In this document: positions 17,363-30,240 of the stretch, in pieces
Numbering within the stretch: position 1 is the first letter of the stretch
How the letters are laid out: the number at the start of each line of letters is the position of its first letter
NCBI GenBank assembly: GCA_905205405.1
Contig: CAJLDK010000001.1
Span: 35,392-99,391 of the forward strand
Direction: 5' to 3'
Length of the DNA stretch: 64,000 nucleotides
From: an uncultured Collinsella sp.
Lineage (GTDB): Bacteria; Actinomycetota; Coriobacteriia; Coriobacteriales; Coriobacteriaceae
Position numbers and translations under genes: made by a program
The notes under the pieces: model-generated
The model's input: the letters and a program-made list of their open reading frames with translations, nothing else
Databases searched by the model: none
What the model was told of the DNA's origin: nothing

Positions 17363-18451
17363 ATGGCACATGTCGATGACCAGCGTGTGGCGCGCGTGCT
17401 CGATGCGCTCGAGGCTCAGCACCCCGGCGCGCAGCTGCTTGTGAATGACCCGTGGTCGATCTACTATCTGACCGGCTTTTATGCCGATATGTTCGAGCGT
17501 TTTTGCGGCGTGCTGCTCGCGCGCGATGACGAGCCCGTGATCTTAGTCAACGCCCTGCATCAGCTGCCCGAGTACGACAATGCCCGCGTGGCCTACCACA
17601 CCGACACCGACGTCGTGACCGACGCCATCGCGAGTGAGATCGACCCAGCCAAGCCGCTTGGCGTCGACACTGTCATGCGTTCCGGCTTTTTGATGCCGCT
17701 CATAGAGCACTACGCCGCAAGCGAGTTTTTCCTGGGTGACTTTGCCGTCACCGCCGCGCGCACCTACAAGGATGCCGCCGAGCAGGAGCTTATGCGCGTG
17801 TCCTCGGCCGCCAACGACGCCGTGATGGCCGATGCCATCAAACTCGTCCACGAGGGCGTGACGGAGCGCGAAATCGCCGACCAGATGCTCGGCCTGTACC
17901 GCAAGCACGGCTGCGAGGGCTTTAGCTTTCCGCCCATCGTGAGCTTTGGCGCCAACGCCGGCGACCCGCATCACGAACCCGACGATACCGTGCTCAAGCA
18001 TGGCGACGTGGTGCTGTTCGACATTGGCGGACGCCGTCGCAACTACTGCTCGGACATGACACGCACGTTCTTTTGGGGCCAGCCGGACGAGGAGACCGCA
18101 CACGTCTACGACATCGTGCGCCGCGCCAACGAGGCCGCCGAGGCGCTCATCACGCCGGGCGTTCGTATGTGCGACTTGGACCGCGCCGCACGCGACGTGA
18201 TTGAGGATGCGGGCTATGGGCAGTACTTTACGCACCGCCTGGGTCACTCAATCGGTCTGCAAGACCACGAGCCGGGCGATGTCTCGCTCGCCAACGAGCA
18301 GGTCGTAGAGCCGGGCATGACGTTCTCTATCGAACCGGGTATATACCTCCCCGGTCACACCGGCGTCCGCATCGAGGACCTAGCCCTGGTGACCGAGAAC
18401 GGCGTCGAGATTCTCAACGCCTACCCCCACGATCCGGTCCGCTTAGACTAG
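17363..18451 (+). CDS. M24-family Xaa-Pro aminopeptidase/dipeptidase
   Basis: 362 aa with the creatinase/prolidase N-terminal domain and HxxGHxxG...E...E metal ligands (HRLGHSIGLQDHE, IEPGIY). Confidence 0.85.
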   Translation: MAHVDDQRVARVLDALEAQHPGAQLLVNDPWSIYYLTGFYADMFERFCGVLLARDDEPVILVNALHQLPEYDNARVAYHTDTDVVTDAIASEIDPAKPLGVDTVMRSGFLMPLIEHYAASEFFLGDFAVTAARTYKDAAEQELMRVSSAANDAVMADAIKLVHEGVTEREIADQMLGLYRKHGCEGFSFPPIVSFGANAGDPHHEPDDTVLKHGDVVLFDIGGRRRNYCSDMTRTFFWGQPDEETAHVYDIVRRANEAAEALITPGVRMCDLDRAARDVIEDAGYGQYFTHRLGHSIGLQDHEPGDVSLANEQVVEPGMTFSIEPGIYLPGHTGVRIEDLALVTENGVEILNAYPHDPVRLD

Positions 18452-18476
18452 GCAATGCGGCAAAGGGGCTGTCCCT

Positions 18477-18720
18477 TTGCCGCATCACATGAATGCCGCC
18501 ACAAAAACGGCCTATCTACTACGTTTAGCCCGCGTGGGTCGACCATACCCGTGTTTTCGCAAAACTGGCAAGCCCTTTACCTGCGGTTTTGATTTCGCAA
18601 TTCTCGGTATGGTCGAGGGTTACCGGTCAAACGTAGTAAATAGGCCCATTTCGTGGCGAGCAAGTCAACTCGAGGCGCAGGGCAGCCAAAAAAGCCCCGT
18701 CCCAAATTGACTGCTTTTGA
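18477..18720. repeat. Partial second copy of the MITE-like element: core, flanking inverted repeats and one TIR
   Basis: 18578-18603 matches the core of the first element. 18693-18712 matches the right TIR. Internal IR 18521-18553 versus 18607-18640. Confidence 0.5.
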
Positions 18721-18800
18721 GTTGCGGTGATATACGGACCGTTTGAGGCTTCTGGCTTGTAAAACAGTCCGTATTTCACCGCAACTGATGAGGGGATGGG

Positions 18801-20159
18801 TTAACGGAGCAGCCCCGCTACTTCGCCGGCTAGGGTGATGGTACCGGCTGCTACGAAAGGCTCGCCCGCGGCATCGAAAGCCGCGAGGGCCTCGGATACG
18901 CTGGGGTACACGACCGCGAGCTTGTCGGCGTCCACCAGGGAGGCAAGCTCCTGTGCGGGCAAGGCGCGATCGGAATCGGTCTGGGTTACGACCACGCGGG
19001 GGAACGCCGGAACCAGAACGTCAACGATACCCGCCACGTCCTTATCGGCCAGCGCGGCACACAGCAGCGTGGGGCGATTCTCCACGCACGGATCGATCTC
19101 GTCCAGCGCGCTCACAAAGTTCTCGCAGCTCTGAGGGTTATGGCAGGCGTCGATCAGCTTGAGAGGATCGGTCCCCAGCACATCAAATCGACCCGGCGTG
19201 GGACAGCCCATAAGCGACGCATCGAGCTTGTCATGGTCGAGCTCGCGGCCCAGATAGCCCTCACACAGCATAATCGCGCACGCGGCATTCTGCGGCTGAT
19301 ATGCCGGCTTCACCATGCCCGACGTATAGATCGCGCGCGGCGTGGTGCAGCTAAACTCAACCGTGTCGCCCACATGCGCCGGCACCTTAGTCGTGGCGTG
19401 GCTCACCACGAGCGGAACGACGCCGCACTCGCGACAACGCGCATCCATCACGCGCTGAACGCTCGCCTCGTGCGTGCCCTCGCCCAGTACAACCAGGCGC
19501 CCGAGCTTAATGACCGCAGCCTTCTCCCCCGCAATGGCCTCGAGCGTGTCGCCTAAAATACGCGTGTGATCGAGCCCAATGCCCGTAATGGCAACGGCAA
19601 CGGGATCGGTCGCACTCGTGGCGTCCCAACGCCCGCCCATGCCAACCTCAAGCACGGCAACATCCACCGCGGCCTCGGCAAACACTACAAGTGCGGCAGC
19701 CGTCAGCAGGTCAAACGGTGTGATGGAATAGGCACGCTCCCCCGCCGCCACACGACGGGCATTCACGCGATGTCCCGCCTCAACAGCAGCAGAAACGCCA
19801 CGGGCAAAGGCCTCATCGCTCACAACGCGCCCGTCAACCTCCATGCGCTCGGGATAGCGCACAAGCTGCGGCGACGTATACAGCGCGGTCTTTAACCCCT
19901 CGCCACGGAGGATGGCAGCCGAAAAACGCGTGGTCGAAGTCTTGCCATTGGTGCCGGCAACCTGAATGCAATCAAAATACTCGTCCGGACGTCCCAGCTC
20001 ATCGAGCATATCGACAACCGTCTCAAGCAGAGGACCAGCATCCCCAGAAATCCGCCCCGTATCAGCAGCCAGCCCAACAGCCTCACCAAACGAAAGCAAA
20101 TCAAACTCAAAAGGAACGGTATACAAGCCGGAACGCTTAGGCATTTTTAGAACCGCCAT
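18801..20159 (-). CDS. folC: Bifunctional folylpolyglutamate synthase/dihydrofolate synthase
   Basis: Mur-ligase family with P-loop VAGTNGKTSTT. Directly downstream of valS, matching the conserved valS-folC pair. Confidence 0.9.
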   Translation of the reverse strand: MAVLKMPKRSGLYTVPFEFDLLSFGEAVGLAADTGRISGDAGPLLETVVDMLDELGRPDEYFDCIQVAGTNGKTSTTRFSAAILRGEGLKTALYTSPQLVRYPERMEVDGRVVSDEAFARGVSAAVEAGHRVNARRVAAGERAYSITPFDLLTAAALVVFAEAAVDVAVLEVGMGGRWDATSATDPVAVAITGIGLDHTRILGDTLEAIAGEKAAVIKLGRLVVLGEGTHEASVQRVMDARCRECGVVPLVVSHATTKVPAHVGDTVEFSCTTPRAIYTSGMVKPAYQPQNAACAIMLCEGYLGRELDHDKLDASLMGCPTPGRFDVLGTDPLKLIDACHNPQSCENFVSALDEIDPCVENRPTLLCAALADKDVAGIVDVLVPAFPRVVVTQTDSDRALPAQELASLVDADKLAVVYPSVSEALAAFDAAGEPFVAAGTITLAGEVAGLLR

Positions 20160-20390
20160 TCATAGAAAAATAAAACAGTATAGGCTGAGGATAGTCAGCG
20201 AAAACGCCTCTGATGAGCCAAGGTGCCGTGAAACAAGGGCGCATAGGGCTTATGCCCATGCGCCCGAAGTTGAACGGCAGATTGGCCATCAGAGGCGTTT
20301 GCAGCGTCGAGTCAGCCGCCGTTCGTTAGAACGGCGGAATAGGTGTCCGCAGTAGCGAGCAATGCCCCAAACCGCGTCCCTCAGTTACGC

Positions 20391-23087
<2,697 letters not shown>

Positions 23088-23107
23088 ATATCTCTCCCTG
23101 TCCCGCC

Positions 23108-23220
23108 GGCGTGTCCGCCTGCTTGGTTTTCGCTCGGTCAGGTCCTGGCTCGCACGAAGAGCACATTAAGTGCTCTTCGGCTCGTGCGGAATCTACGAAA
23201 ACCAAGCAGGCGGACACGCC
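23108..23220 (-). promoter_or_regulatory. Structured leader of valS: 25-bp perfect inverted repeat enclosing a second hairpin
   Basis: 23108-23132 is the exact reverse complement of 23196-23220. Inner hairpin CGAAGAGCAC-attaa-GTGCTCTTCG at 23155-23179. Confidence 0.5.
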
Positions 23221-23304
23221 TTAGGTATCGATTACTTCAGTCTGATATGACTTCGCTGAGGCTTAAACAAACACACAGAATAACACAGGTAGTTGGGGTT
23301 ATTG

Positions 23305-23346
23305 CGTATATATAAAATAGCCTCCGACCGCGGGTGGTCGGAGGCT
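23305..23346 (-). terminator. Rho-independent terminator of clpX
   Basis: AGCCTCCGACC-N6-GGTCGGAGGCT followed by a T-rich run on the minus strand. Confidence 0.7.
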
Positions 23347-23371
23347 ATTTGCAAACACGTTTTAGGCTGGT

Positions 23372-24784
23372 CTAGCCGTAGATGCGCTGGGGCTGTTCTT
23401 CGCCCTTGACGGCGGCTTCGGTTACGACGACCTTGGCAACGCCCTCCTCGCTGGGGAGATCGAACATCGTCTGCTGCAGCACGTCCTCGCAGATGGCACG
23501 CAGGCCGCGGGCGCCGGTCTTGCGGGCAAGTGCCATGCGGGCGATCTCGTGCAGAGCCGCGTCCTCAAACTCAAGCTCAACGTCCTCGAGCTGGAACATC
23601 TTGCGGTACTGACGCACCACGGCATTCTTGGGCTCGGTCAGGATCGACACCAGGTCGTCCTCGTCGAGCGCCTGCGTCTGGGTGACGACGGGCGTACGTC
23701 CCACAAACTCGGGAATCATGCCAAAGGCGTTGAGGTCCTGCGGGAGCACCTGGCGCAGCAGGTCGTTCTCGTCGACCGAGGTGGGGCCGGCGATCTCGGA
23801 GTTAAAGCCCACACCCTTGTTGCCCACGCGATCGGCAATGATCTTATCCAGACCAACAAAGGCACCGCCGCAGATGAACAGGATGTTCGTCGTGTCGATC
23901 TGCAGCAGCTCCTGCTGGGGATGCTTGCGGCCGCCGGTGGGCGGAACGCTAGCCACCGTGCCCTCAAGAATCTTAAGCAGTGCCTGCTGAACGCCCTCGC
24001 CCGAAACATCGCGGGTGATGGAGAGGTTCTCGGCCTTGCGGGCGATCTTATCGATCTCGTCCACGTAGATGATGCCCACCTGCGCGCGCTCGATATCGCC
24101 ATCGGCGGCGTTGATGAGCTTGAGTAGGATGTTCTCCACGTCCTCGCCCACGTAACCGGCCTCGGTGAGCGCGGTGGCGTCGGCGATGGCAAACGGCACC
24201 TCGAGGATGCGTGCGAGCGTCTGGGCCAGCAACGTCTTGCCGGTACCGGTGGGGCCGAGCAGCAAAATATTGGACTTGGCGAGCTCCACCTCGTCCATGT
24301 CATCGTCAAACTGGGCGCCCATGCCCGATGCTTCGTCAAAGGCGGACACCGCGGCACCGCCCTCGATCACGCGACGGTAATGGTTGTACACGGCAACCGA
24401 CATGGCGCGTTTGGCGTCCTCCTGGCCCATGACATAGGCCGAAAGCTCGTCATAGATCTCGTGCGGCGTCGGCACGTGTGTGATGACCTGACGGTCGTCT
24501 TCGAGCTCAAAGCCCTCGGCCTCGGGGTCAACCGCAGGCTGGGATTCAGCCTGACCATGGTCGTTGAGGAAGCCCGGCAGCTTGCCGTTGCGGGCAGCGT
24601 CCATAAAGTCCGAAGCCAGCGACTCCTCAAGGATCTCGGAGCAGGCGGCGACGCACTCATCGCAGATAAAGATGTTGGTCGGGCCCTTAACGAGACGACG
24701 GACCTGGCCCTGCTCTTTTCCGCAGAAGGAGCAGCGGATGGGGTTGCCGTTCTCGTCAAAGTTGTCCTGCATGTTACCTGCCAT
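23372..24784 (-). CDS. clpX: ATP-dependent Clp protease ATP-binding subunit ClpX
   Basis: N-terminal zinc finger CSFCGK...CDEC. Walker A GPTGTGKT. The IGF loop is present. Confidence 0.95.
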   Translation of the reverse strand: MAGNMQDNFDENGNPIRCSFCGKEQGQVRRLVKGPTNIFICDECVAACSEILEESLASDFMDAARNGKLPGFLNDHGQAESQPAVDPEAEGFELEDDRQVITHVPTPHEIYDELSAYVMGQEDAKRAMSVAVYNHYRRVIEGGAAVSAFDEASGMGAQFDDDMDEVELAKSNILLLGPTGTGKTLLAQTLARILEVPFAIADATALTEAGYVGEDVENILLKLINAADGDIERAQVGIIYVDEIDKIARKAENLSITRDVSGEGVQQALLKILEGTVASVPPTGGRKHPQQELLQIDTTNILFICGGAFVGLDKIIADRVGNKGVGFNSEIAGPTSVDENDLLRQVLPQDLNAFGMIPEFVGRTPVVTQTQALDEDDLVSILTEPKNAVVRQYRKMFQLEDVELEFEDAALHEIARMALARKTGARGLRAICEDVLQQTMFDLPSEEGVAKVVVTEAAVKGEEQPQRIYG

Positions 24785-24785
24785 C

Positions 24786-25418
24786 CTAGGCGTCCTTCGC
24801 GGCGAGGTCGCGCGAGGTGACGATACGGTCGATCAGGCCGTAGTCGAGGGCCTCGGCAGCGGTCAGGTAGTTATCGCGCTCGGTATCGGCCTGGACCTTC
24901 TCGATGGGCTGGCCCGAGGCGTCGGACAGGATCTGGTTGAGCTCGCGGCGGGTCTTCTTGATCTCCTCGGCCACGATCTCGATCTCGGTCTGCTGGCCCT
25001 GGGCACCGCCGCTGGGCTGATGAATCATAACCTTGGAGTGCGGCAGGCAGAAGCGCTTGCCCTTGGCGCCGGCCGAAAGCAGCACGGCGGCCATAGACGC
25101 AGCCATACCGACGCAGATGGTGGAGACCTGCGGCTTAATGAAGTTCATGGTGTCCAGAATCGCCAGGCCGGAGTAGACCTCGCCGCCGGGCGAATTGATG
25201 TAGAGCGAGATATCCTTCTCGGCATCTTGGCTCTCAAGATGCAGCAGCTGGGCAACGACCAGGTTGGCGCTGACGGAGTTGATCTCCTCGCCCAAGAAGA
25301 TGATGCGGTCGTTGAGCAGGCGCGAATAGATATCGTAGCTGCGCTCGCCGCGCGGCGTCTGCTCGATAACGTATGGCACGAGGGCGGAATCGAACTTAGC
25401 GATCATACGCATCTCCAT
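24786..25418 (-). CDS. clpP: ATP-dependent Clp protease proteolytic subunit ClpP
   Basis: [19 protein letters not shown]...catalytic Ser GMAASMAA. The start among 25436/25418/25406 is uncertain. Confidence 0.9.
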   Translation of the reverse strand: MEMRMIAKFDSALVPYVIEQTPRGERSYDIYSRLLNDRIIFLGEEINSVSANLVVAQLLHLESQDAEKDISLYINSPGGEVYSGLAILDTMNFIKPQVSTICVGMAASMAAVLLSAGAKGKRFCLPHSKVMIHQPSGGAQGQQTEIEIVAEEIKKTRRELNQILSDASGQPIEKVQADTERDNYLTAAEALDYGLIDRIVTSRDLAAKDA

Positions 25419-25445
25419 TTCTCTCTTGCGGACCAAATTGGTTCT

Positions 25446-25493
25446 AGATAAACGTACGGTGCCCGCATGCTATGCATTGGCTGGCACCGTACG
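25446..25493 (-). terminator. Terminator of tig
   Basis: CGTACGGTGCC-N20-GGCACCGTACG followed by TTTATCT on the minus strand. Confidence 0.55.
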
Positions 25494-25569
25494 AAGCAAC
25501 CGGATAACCGGTGTATAACTTTACCCCATCACGGGCGCATGCATGCGCTCGCGGGCAAGGTGGCGAGAA

Positions 25570-26868
25570 TTACTCGGCGTCCTTGGCGGTCTCGTCGACC
25601 TCGGTCACCTTGGCGTTCTCGACCAGGTGGTCGACGGCCTTGGAGCGACGGATGGACTCGCGGACGGCAGGCATGCGACCATCGGCGATGAACTCGGCCT
25701 TGGAAGCCTCGACGTCCTTGACGCCGGCCTTCTCGAACTCGGCGTTGATGTCGTCCTCGGTGACCTCGATCTTGAGCTCACGGGCGAGGGCGTCGAGAGC
25801 CAGGGACTCGCGGGCGACGTCGTTGGCCTGCTTGTGCAAGTCGCCGATGAACTGCTCCATGGTCAGGCCGGAAGCGGGCAGCCAGGTGTCCAGCGTCATG
25901 CCGCGGGCAGCGAGGTTGGACAGGAAGTTCTGGCCAAGCTCCTCAAAGACGGACTGCTCGTAGTCGGCGTCCATCTCATCGAGCTGCAGACGCTCGGCGA
26001 GAGCGGAGACGCAACGGTTCTCCTTCTCGGCCGGGAGGCGGGAAGCCTTGTCCTGCTCGATCTCGATCTTGATGGCGTCGCGCATAGCGTCGATGCTGTC
26101 GAAGCCAAAGTCGGACTTGACGAGCTCGTCGGTGAGCTCGGGGGTGTTGCGGACCTTGATGCCCTTGACGGTGACCTCGACGGTGTGGGTCTCGGCCTCC
26201 TCGCCTTCCTCGACCTCGTCGGTCCAGGTGACGGTCTTGACGTCGTCAACGTTAGCGCCGATCAGGGCCTCGTTGAACTCCTTGGGGTTGCTGTCACTAC
26301 CGGCGATGAGCATACGGCCCTCGGCGGCGAAGTTGTCGGCGTTCTCGACGGCCTTGAGGTCGACGGTGACGTAGTCCTCGGCCTCGACGGCGCGACCCAC
26401 GACGTCCTCGAAGGTGGCACGGTAGTTGAGGAGCATCTCGACCTGGTTGTTGATCTCGGACTCGGTGACCTCCGCGGGGGGCATCTCGATCTCGACGGCG
26501 TCGAAGGAGGAGAGCTCAGCGGCAGGACGCAGGGAGAACTCAACGGTGTAGGTGTAGTCCTCGTGATCCTTGGCGAGGTCGAGCTCCTTGTAGTCACCGC
26601 TCTTGGTGGGGACGATGTCCAGCTCGTTGAGGACGGCGGGCTCGTTGGCGGCGATCAGGTCGTTGGTGGCCTGAGCAAGGGTAGCCTCGGCGCCAAGAGC
26701 AGAGTCGATGACCGGACGGGGGGCCTTACCGGCGCGGAAGCCCGGGAAGCGGTACTTCTTGGCGGTGTCCTTGTAGGCCTTCTTGATCGCGGCGTCGACG
26801 TCGGCGGCCGGGATGGTGACCGTAGCGGTGAGCTTGGCGTCCTTGACGTCAGAAGCGGTGATGTTCAA
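25570..26868 (-). CDS. tig: Trigger factor (ribosome-associated peptidyl-prolyl isomerase)
   Basis: TTG start at 26868 preceded by AGGAGG. N-terminus MNITASDVKDAKLTATVTIPAADV aligns with the trigger factor N-terminus. The ORF track over-extends it to 27096. Confidence 0.85.
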   Translation of the reverse strand: MNITASDVKDAKLTATVTIPAADVDAAIKKAYKDTAKKYRFPGFRAGKAPRPVIDSALGAEATLAQATNDLIAANEPAVLNELDIVPTKSGDYKELDLAKDHEDYTYTVEFSLRPAAELSSFDAVEIEMPPAEVTESEINNQVEMLLNYRATFEDVVGRAVEAEDYVTVDLKAVENADNFAAEGRMLIAGSDSNPKEFNEALIGANVDDVKTVTWTDEVEEGEEAETHTVEVTVKGIKVRNTPELTDELVKSDFGFDSIDAMRDAIKIEIEQDKASRLPAEKENRCVSALAERLQLDEMDADYEQSVFEELGQNFLSNLAARGMTLDTWLPASGLTMEQFIGDLHKQANDVARESLALDALARELKIEVTEDDINAEFEKAGVKDVEASKAEFIADGRMPAVRESIRRSKAVDHLVENAKVTEVDETAKDAE

Positions 26869-26958
26869 CACGTTCCTCCTCATACTGCCCAGCTTATCTG
26901 AGGTGCTGGTACCTTTATGCAACAAGCGTCGCGAGGGCATAAGCCAACGCGGGTGCGT

Positions 26959-27042
26959 TGGTGCGGGCGAAAGGACTCGAACCTTCACGGGAATCCCACC
27001 AGAACCTAAATCTGGCGCGTCTACCAATTCCGCCACGCCCGC
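26959..27042 (-). tRNA. tRNA-Leu (anticodon TAG), class II with a long variable arm and encoded CCA
   Basis: GCGGGCGTGGCGGAATTGGTAGACGCGCCAGATTTAGGTTCTGGTGGGATTCCCGTGAAGGTTCGAGTCCTTTCGCCCGCACCA. Confidence 0.85.
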
Positions 27043-27157
27043 ATGAGCGCACAGACTAGGAATGATAGCAGATACGAGCGGCAAGCGCACGCACACCTTT
27101 TACAGGCTCACGACCTCACCACGAGTACGCATCGGATCCCCCTCCGCCCCATGGTAT

Positions 27158-27221
27158 GTTGCGGTGGAATAGGGACTGTTTGGGGCTCCAGTCCTCCAAA
27201 ACAGTCCCTATTCCACCGCAA
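27158..27221. repeat. Hairpin repeat of the GTTGCGGTGRAATA family. Copy 3 of 3 in the window; the others are at 16956-17018 and 18721-18785.
   Basis: Arms GTTGCGGTGGAATAGGGACTGTTT and AAACAGTCCCTATTCCACCGCAAC. Confidence 0.6.
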
Positions 27222-27329
27222 CTTCGGTGGGACCCGGCAGTCTGGCGGTGCTGGCCATGCGCCGGAAAGCGTGTCCCGGTTTGACGCTATATTCCGGGAT
27301 GCACTTTCCGCCAAGGGCCTCAAACGGAA

Positions 27330-27365
27330 ACTGCAGCCCACAATTCGGTCGAAAAGTGGGCTGCA
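27330..27365 (-). terminator. Bidirectional terminator downstream of the aldehyde oxidoreductase gene
   Basis: CTGCAGCCCAC-N14-GTGGGCTGCAG with T-rich flanks. Confidence 0.55.
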
Positions 27366-27408
27366 GTTTCCTCGGGCTAGGCAAAGAGCGGCGGCTGCGT
27401 CGCCTCGC

Positions 27409-30240
27409 CTACTCCCCCAGCAGGGCCTTCTCGGGCGTGATGGGCAGCGAGCGCACCTGGTGTCCGGTGGCGTGCGCAACGGCCGAGGCCACGGCGGCGA
27501 GCGGCGTGTTGATGACGACCTCGCCGATCGACTTGGCGCCAAACGGGCCCGTCGGCTCGTAGCTCGGCTCAAAGGCCACGCGAATGCTGCCGATATCCAG
27601 GCGCGTGGGCAGCTTGTAGCTCATAAAGTTGCCGGTGCGCAGGCGGCCGCGATCATCGTGCTCGACAATCTCGTAGAGCGCGTGACCGATACCCTGGGCA
27701 ATGCCGCCCTCGGCCTGAACGCGCGCGAGCGCCTCGTTGATCACGGTGCCGCAGTCGACGGCCGCCGCATAGTCCACCACGGTCACCTTGCCGGTGGCCT
27801 TGTCGACCTCGACCTCGGCAATGCCGGCCATAAACGGCGGGGGCGAAACGGGCAGGCAGGCAGAGGCGTGCGAGGTCAGCGCGTCGCCGCCCGCGATGTT
27901 CTTGACGCATAGGTTGGCAAATTCGCGCAGCGTGAGGTAGCGGTTCTGCTCACGAGCGGCACGCTCGTCGGACAGGCGCACGTACTGGCCATCAAAGACC
28001 ACGTCGGCGGCGTCAACGTCCCACATCTGGGCGGCCTTGGCGCAAATCTTCTCGCGCAGCTCGGTCGCGGCGTTCTTGGCCGCCAGGCCCGTCACGTACG
28101 TGCCCGAGCTCGCGTACGAGCCGGCGTCGAACGGCGACACGTCGGTGTCCACGCCGCGTACCACAATGAGCGAGCTCTCCACACCCAGCTCCTCGGCGGC
28201 AATCTGCGCCAGGATCGTGTCGACGCCCATGCCGTTATCGGTGGCGCCGGTGCCGATGGTAATGAAGCCGTCCTCTTCCAAGCGCATGTCGATGCCGGCG
28301 ATATCCACGTTGGAAATGCCAGAGCCCTGCATGGTGAGCGCACAGCCCAGAGCACGCACACGGTCGCCCAGGTCGACGGCCAGCGGCTTGTCGCGCCAAC
28401 CGATCATGTCCATCGCGCGCAGCAGGCAGCGGTCGAGCGCGCAGGCGTTGAGCTTCTCGTTGTAGTACTGCGGCATGATCTCGCCATCGCGCACGATGTT
28501 CTTAAGGCGCAGGTCGGCGGGGTCCATGTGCAGCATGTCGGCAAGCTCGTTGACGGCGCTCTCCACGGCAAACTGGCCCTGGGTGGCACCGTAGCCGCGA
28601 TACGCGCCGCCGCGGTTGGTGTTGGTGTAGACGGCGTCCCAGCTAAAGCGGCTCGCCTTCACGTGGTTGTAGATGGGCAGGCTCTTGTGGCCCGAAAGGC
28701 CGATCGTCGTGGTAGCGTGCTCGCCGTACGCGCCGGCGTTGGACAGCGTGTGCAGATCGATGGCCGTAATGGTGCCGTCGTTCATGGCGCCCAGCTTAAC
28801 GGTCATCTGCATCTGGTGGCGCGAGTTGCCCGCGGTGATGGTCTCCTCGCGGGTGTAGCAGCAGTAGCTCGGACGGCCGGTCTGCTGGGTAACGAATGCC
28901 ACGAAGATCTCGCAGCAGCCCGTCTGCTTGGAGCCAAAGCCGCCGCCGATGCGCGGCTTAATGACCTGCACCTGCGACTGCGGAATATCGAGCGACTGAG
29001 CGACCATGCGGCGCACGTGGAAGGGCACCTGCGTAGAGGTGGTCACCGAGATGCGCCCAAACGCGTCGGTCGTCGCGAAGGCGCGGAAAGTCTCCATGGG
29101 CGCGGTCTGCGTGGCCTGGCTGGTGTAGGTGCGCTCAAAGACGATATCGCTCTGGGCGAAGGCCTCGTCAAGGTCGCCAAAGTCGCTCGTGCCGCTGCAC
29201 ACCAGGTTGCGAGCAACGTCGCCGCCCTGCGGGAACATAAAGGTCACGTCGCCCTCAGGGTGGACCACAATGTCGTTATCGAGTGCCTGGGTAAAGTCGA
29301 GCAGGGGCTCGAGCACCTCGTAGTCGACCTTGATGAGCTTGAGCGCCTTGTCAGCGGCCTCCTCGGTCTCGGCGGCGACGATCGCCACCTCTTCGTTTTG
29401 GTAACGGACGAGGTTCTCGAGGATCAAGCGGTCGTAGGGACTCGGCTGCGGATAGCTCTGACCGGCGATAGTAAAGCGGCGCTTGGGCACGTCCTCGTAA
29501 GTGTAGACGCCCACGACGCCCGGCACCTTCAGGGCGCGCGAGGTGTCGATGGAGCGGATCTTGGCGCGGGCATAGGGGCTGCGCTTGAGTTTGACGATCA
29601 GGGCGCCGGCGGGCACCATATCGCCCGTGTAGACGGGACGGCCCTCGAGCAGCGCCTTCGAGTCCTTCTTGGGCTGCTTATGGGTGATCTGCTTGTACGA
29701 GACACCGTCGCAGCTGGTGTCGTTGACCGGCAGCTCGGGCATCTCAAAGCCCACATGCACGCCGGACTCGTTAAGAAAGCGGACGATGGCGCGCAGCTGG
29801 CTCTCATAGCCGCTGCAACGGCAGAGGTTGCCGGCGAGCTGGCGTGAGAGTTCCTCGCGCGTGGCGACGAGGCTCGGGTCCTCCTTGGCGGCGCGTGCAA
29901 GCGCCAGCACGTTCATGATGAGGCCGGGGGCGCAAAAACCGCACTGCTCGGCGCCTTCGGCAGCCATCGCACGGGCAAGCGCCTCGGACTCGGCTTTGAG
30001 GCCCTCGAGCGTGGTGATGGAGCGGCCCTCGATGCGCGCGGCGGGAACCGAGCAGCTCAGCACCGGGTCGCCGTCGAGCCACACCGTGCACAGGCCGCAG
30101 TTGGTGGTCTCGCAGGCGCAGCGCACCGACGAGCAGCCCTGCTCGCGCAACAGTGCAAAGAGCATGGTGTCGGGGGCAATCTGAACCTTGACCTTACGGC
30201 CGTTGAGCGTAAAGGAAAGATCGATGAGTTTGGCAGCCAT
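27409..30240 (-). CDS. Mop-type molybdopterin aldehyde oxidoreductase / xanthine dehydrogenase family protein: fused [2Fe-2S] N-terminus plus molybdopterin-binding catalytic domain
   Basis: 943 aa. Two 2Fe-2S motifs (CETTNCGLCTV and CGFCAPG) are followed by the MoCo domain (GGGFGSK). Confidence 0.85.
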   Translation of the reverse strand: MAAKLIDLSFTLNGRKVKVQIAPDTMLFALLREQGCSSVRCACETTNCGLCTVWLDGDPVLSCSVPAARIEGRSITTLEGLKAESEALARAMAAEGAEQCGFCAPGLIMNVLALARAAKEDPSLVATREELSRQLAGNLCRCSGYESQLRAIVRFLNESGVHVGFEMPELPVNDTSCDGVSYKQITHKQPKKDSKALLEGRPVYTGDMVPAGALIVKLKRSPYARAKIRSIDTSRALKVPGVVGVYTYEDVPKRRFTIAGQSYPQPSPYDRLILENLVRYQNEEVAIVAAETEEAADKALKLIKVDYEVLEPLLDFTQALDNDIVVHPEGDVTFMFPQGGDVARNLVCSGTSDFGDLDEAFAQSDIVFERTYTSQATQTAPMETFRAFATTDAFGRISVTTSTQVPFHVRRMVAQSLDIPQSQVQVIKPRIGGGFGSKQTGCCEIFVAFVTQQTGRPSYCCYTREETITAGNSRHQMQMTVKLGAMNDGTITAIDLHTLSNAGAYGEHATTTIGLSGHKSLPIYNHVKASRFSWDAVYTNTNRGGAYRGYGATQGQFAVESAVNELADMLHMDPADLRLKNIVRDGEIMPQYYNEKLNACALDRCLLRAMDMIGWRDKPLAVDLGDRVRALGCALTMQGSGISNVDIAGIDMRLEEDGFITIGTGATDNGMGVDTILAQIAAEELGVESSLIVVRGVDTDVSPFDAGSYASSGTYVTGLAAKNAATELREKICAKAAQMWDVDAADVVFDGQYVRLSDERAAREQNRYLTLREFANLCVKNIAGGDALTSHASACLPVSPPPFMAGIAEVEVDKATGKVTVVDYAAAVDCGTVINEALARVQAEGGIAQGIGHALYEIVEHDDRGRLRTGNFMSYKLPTRLDIGSIRVAFEPSYEPTGPFGAKSIGEVVINTPLAAVASAVAHATGHQVRSLPITPEKALLGE

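Noticed and set aside
18477-18710. 77-aa plus-strand ORF downstream of the peptidase
   Set aside because: Lies entirely within the MITE-like repeat copy and has no coding signal.
23088-23300. T-box riboswitch upstream of valS
   Set aside because: No specifier-loop or T-box consensus (AATTAGGGTGGNACCGCG-like) could be found. The structure is instead a perfect 25-bp palindrome with an inner hairpin.
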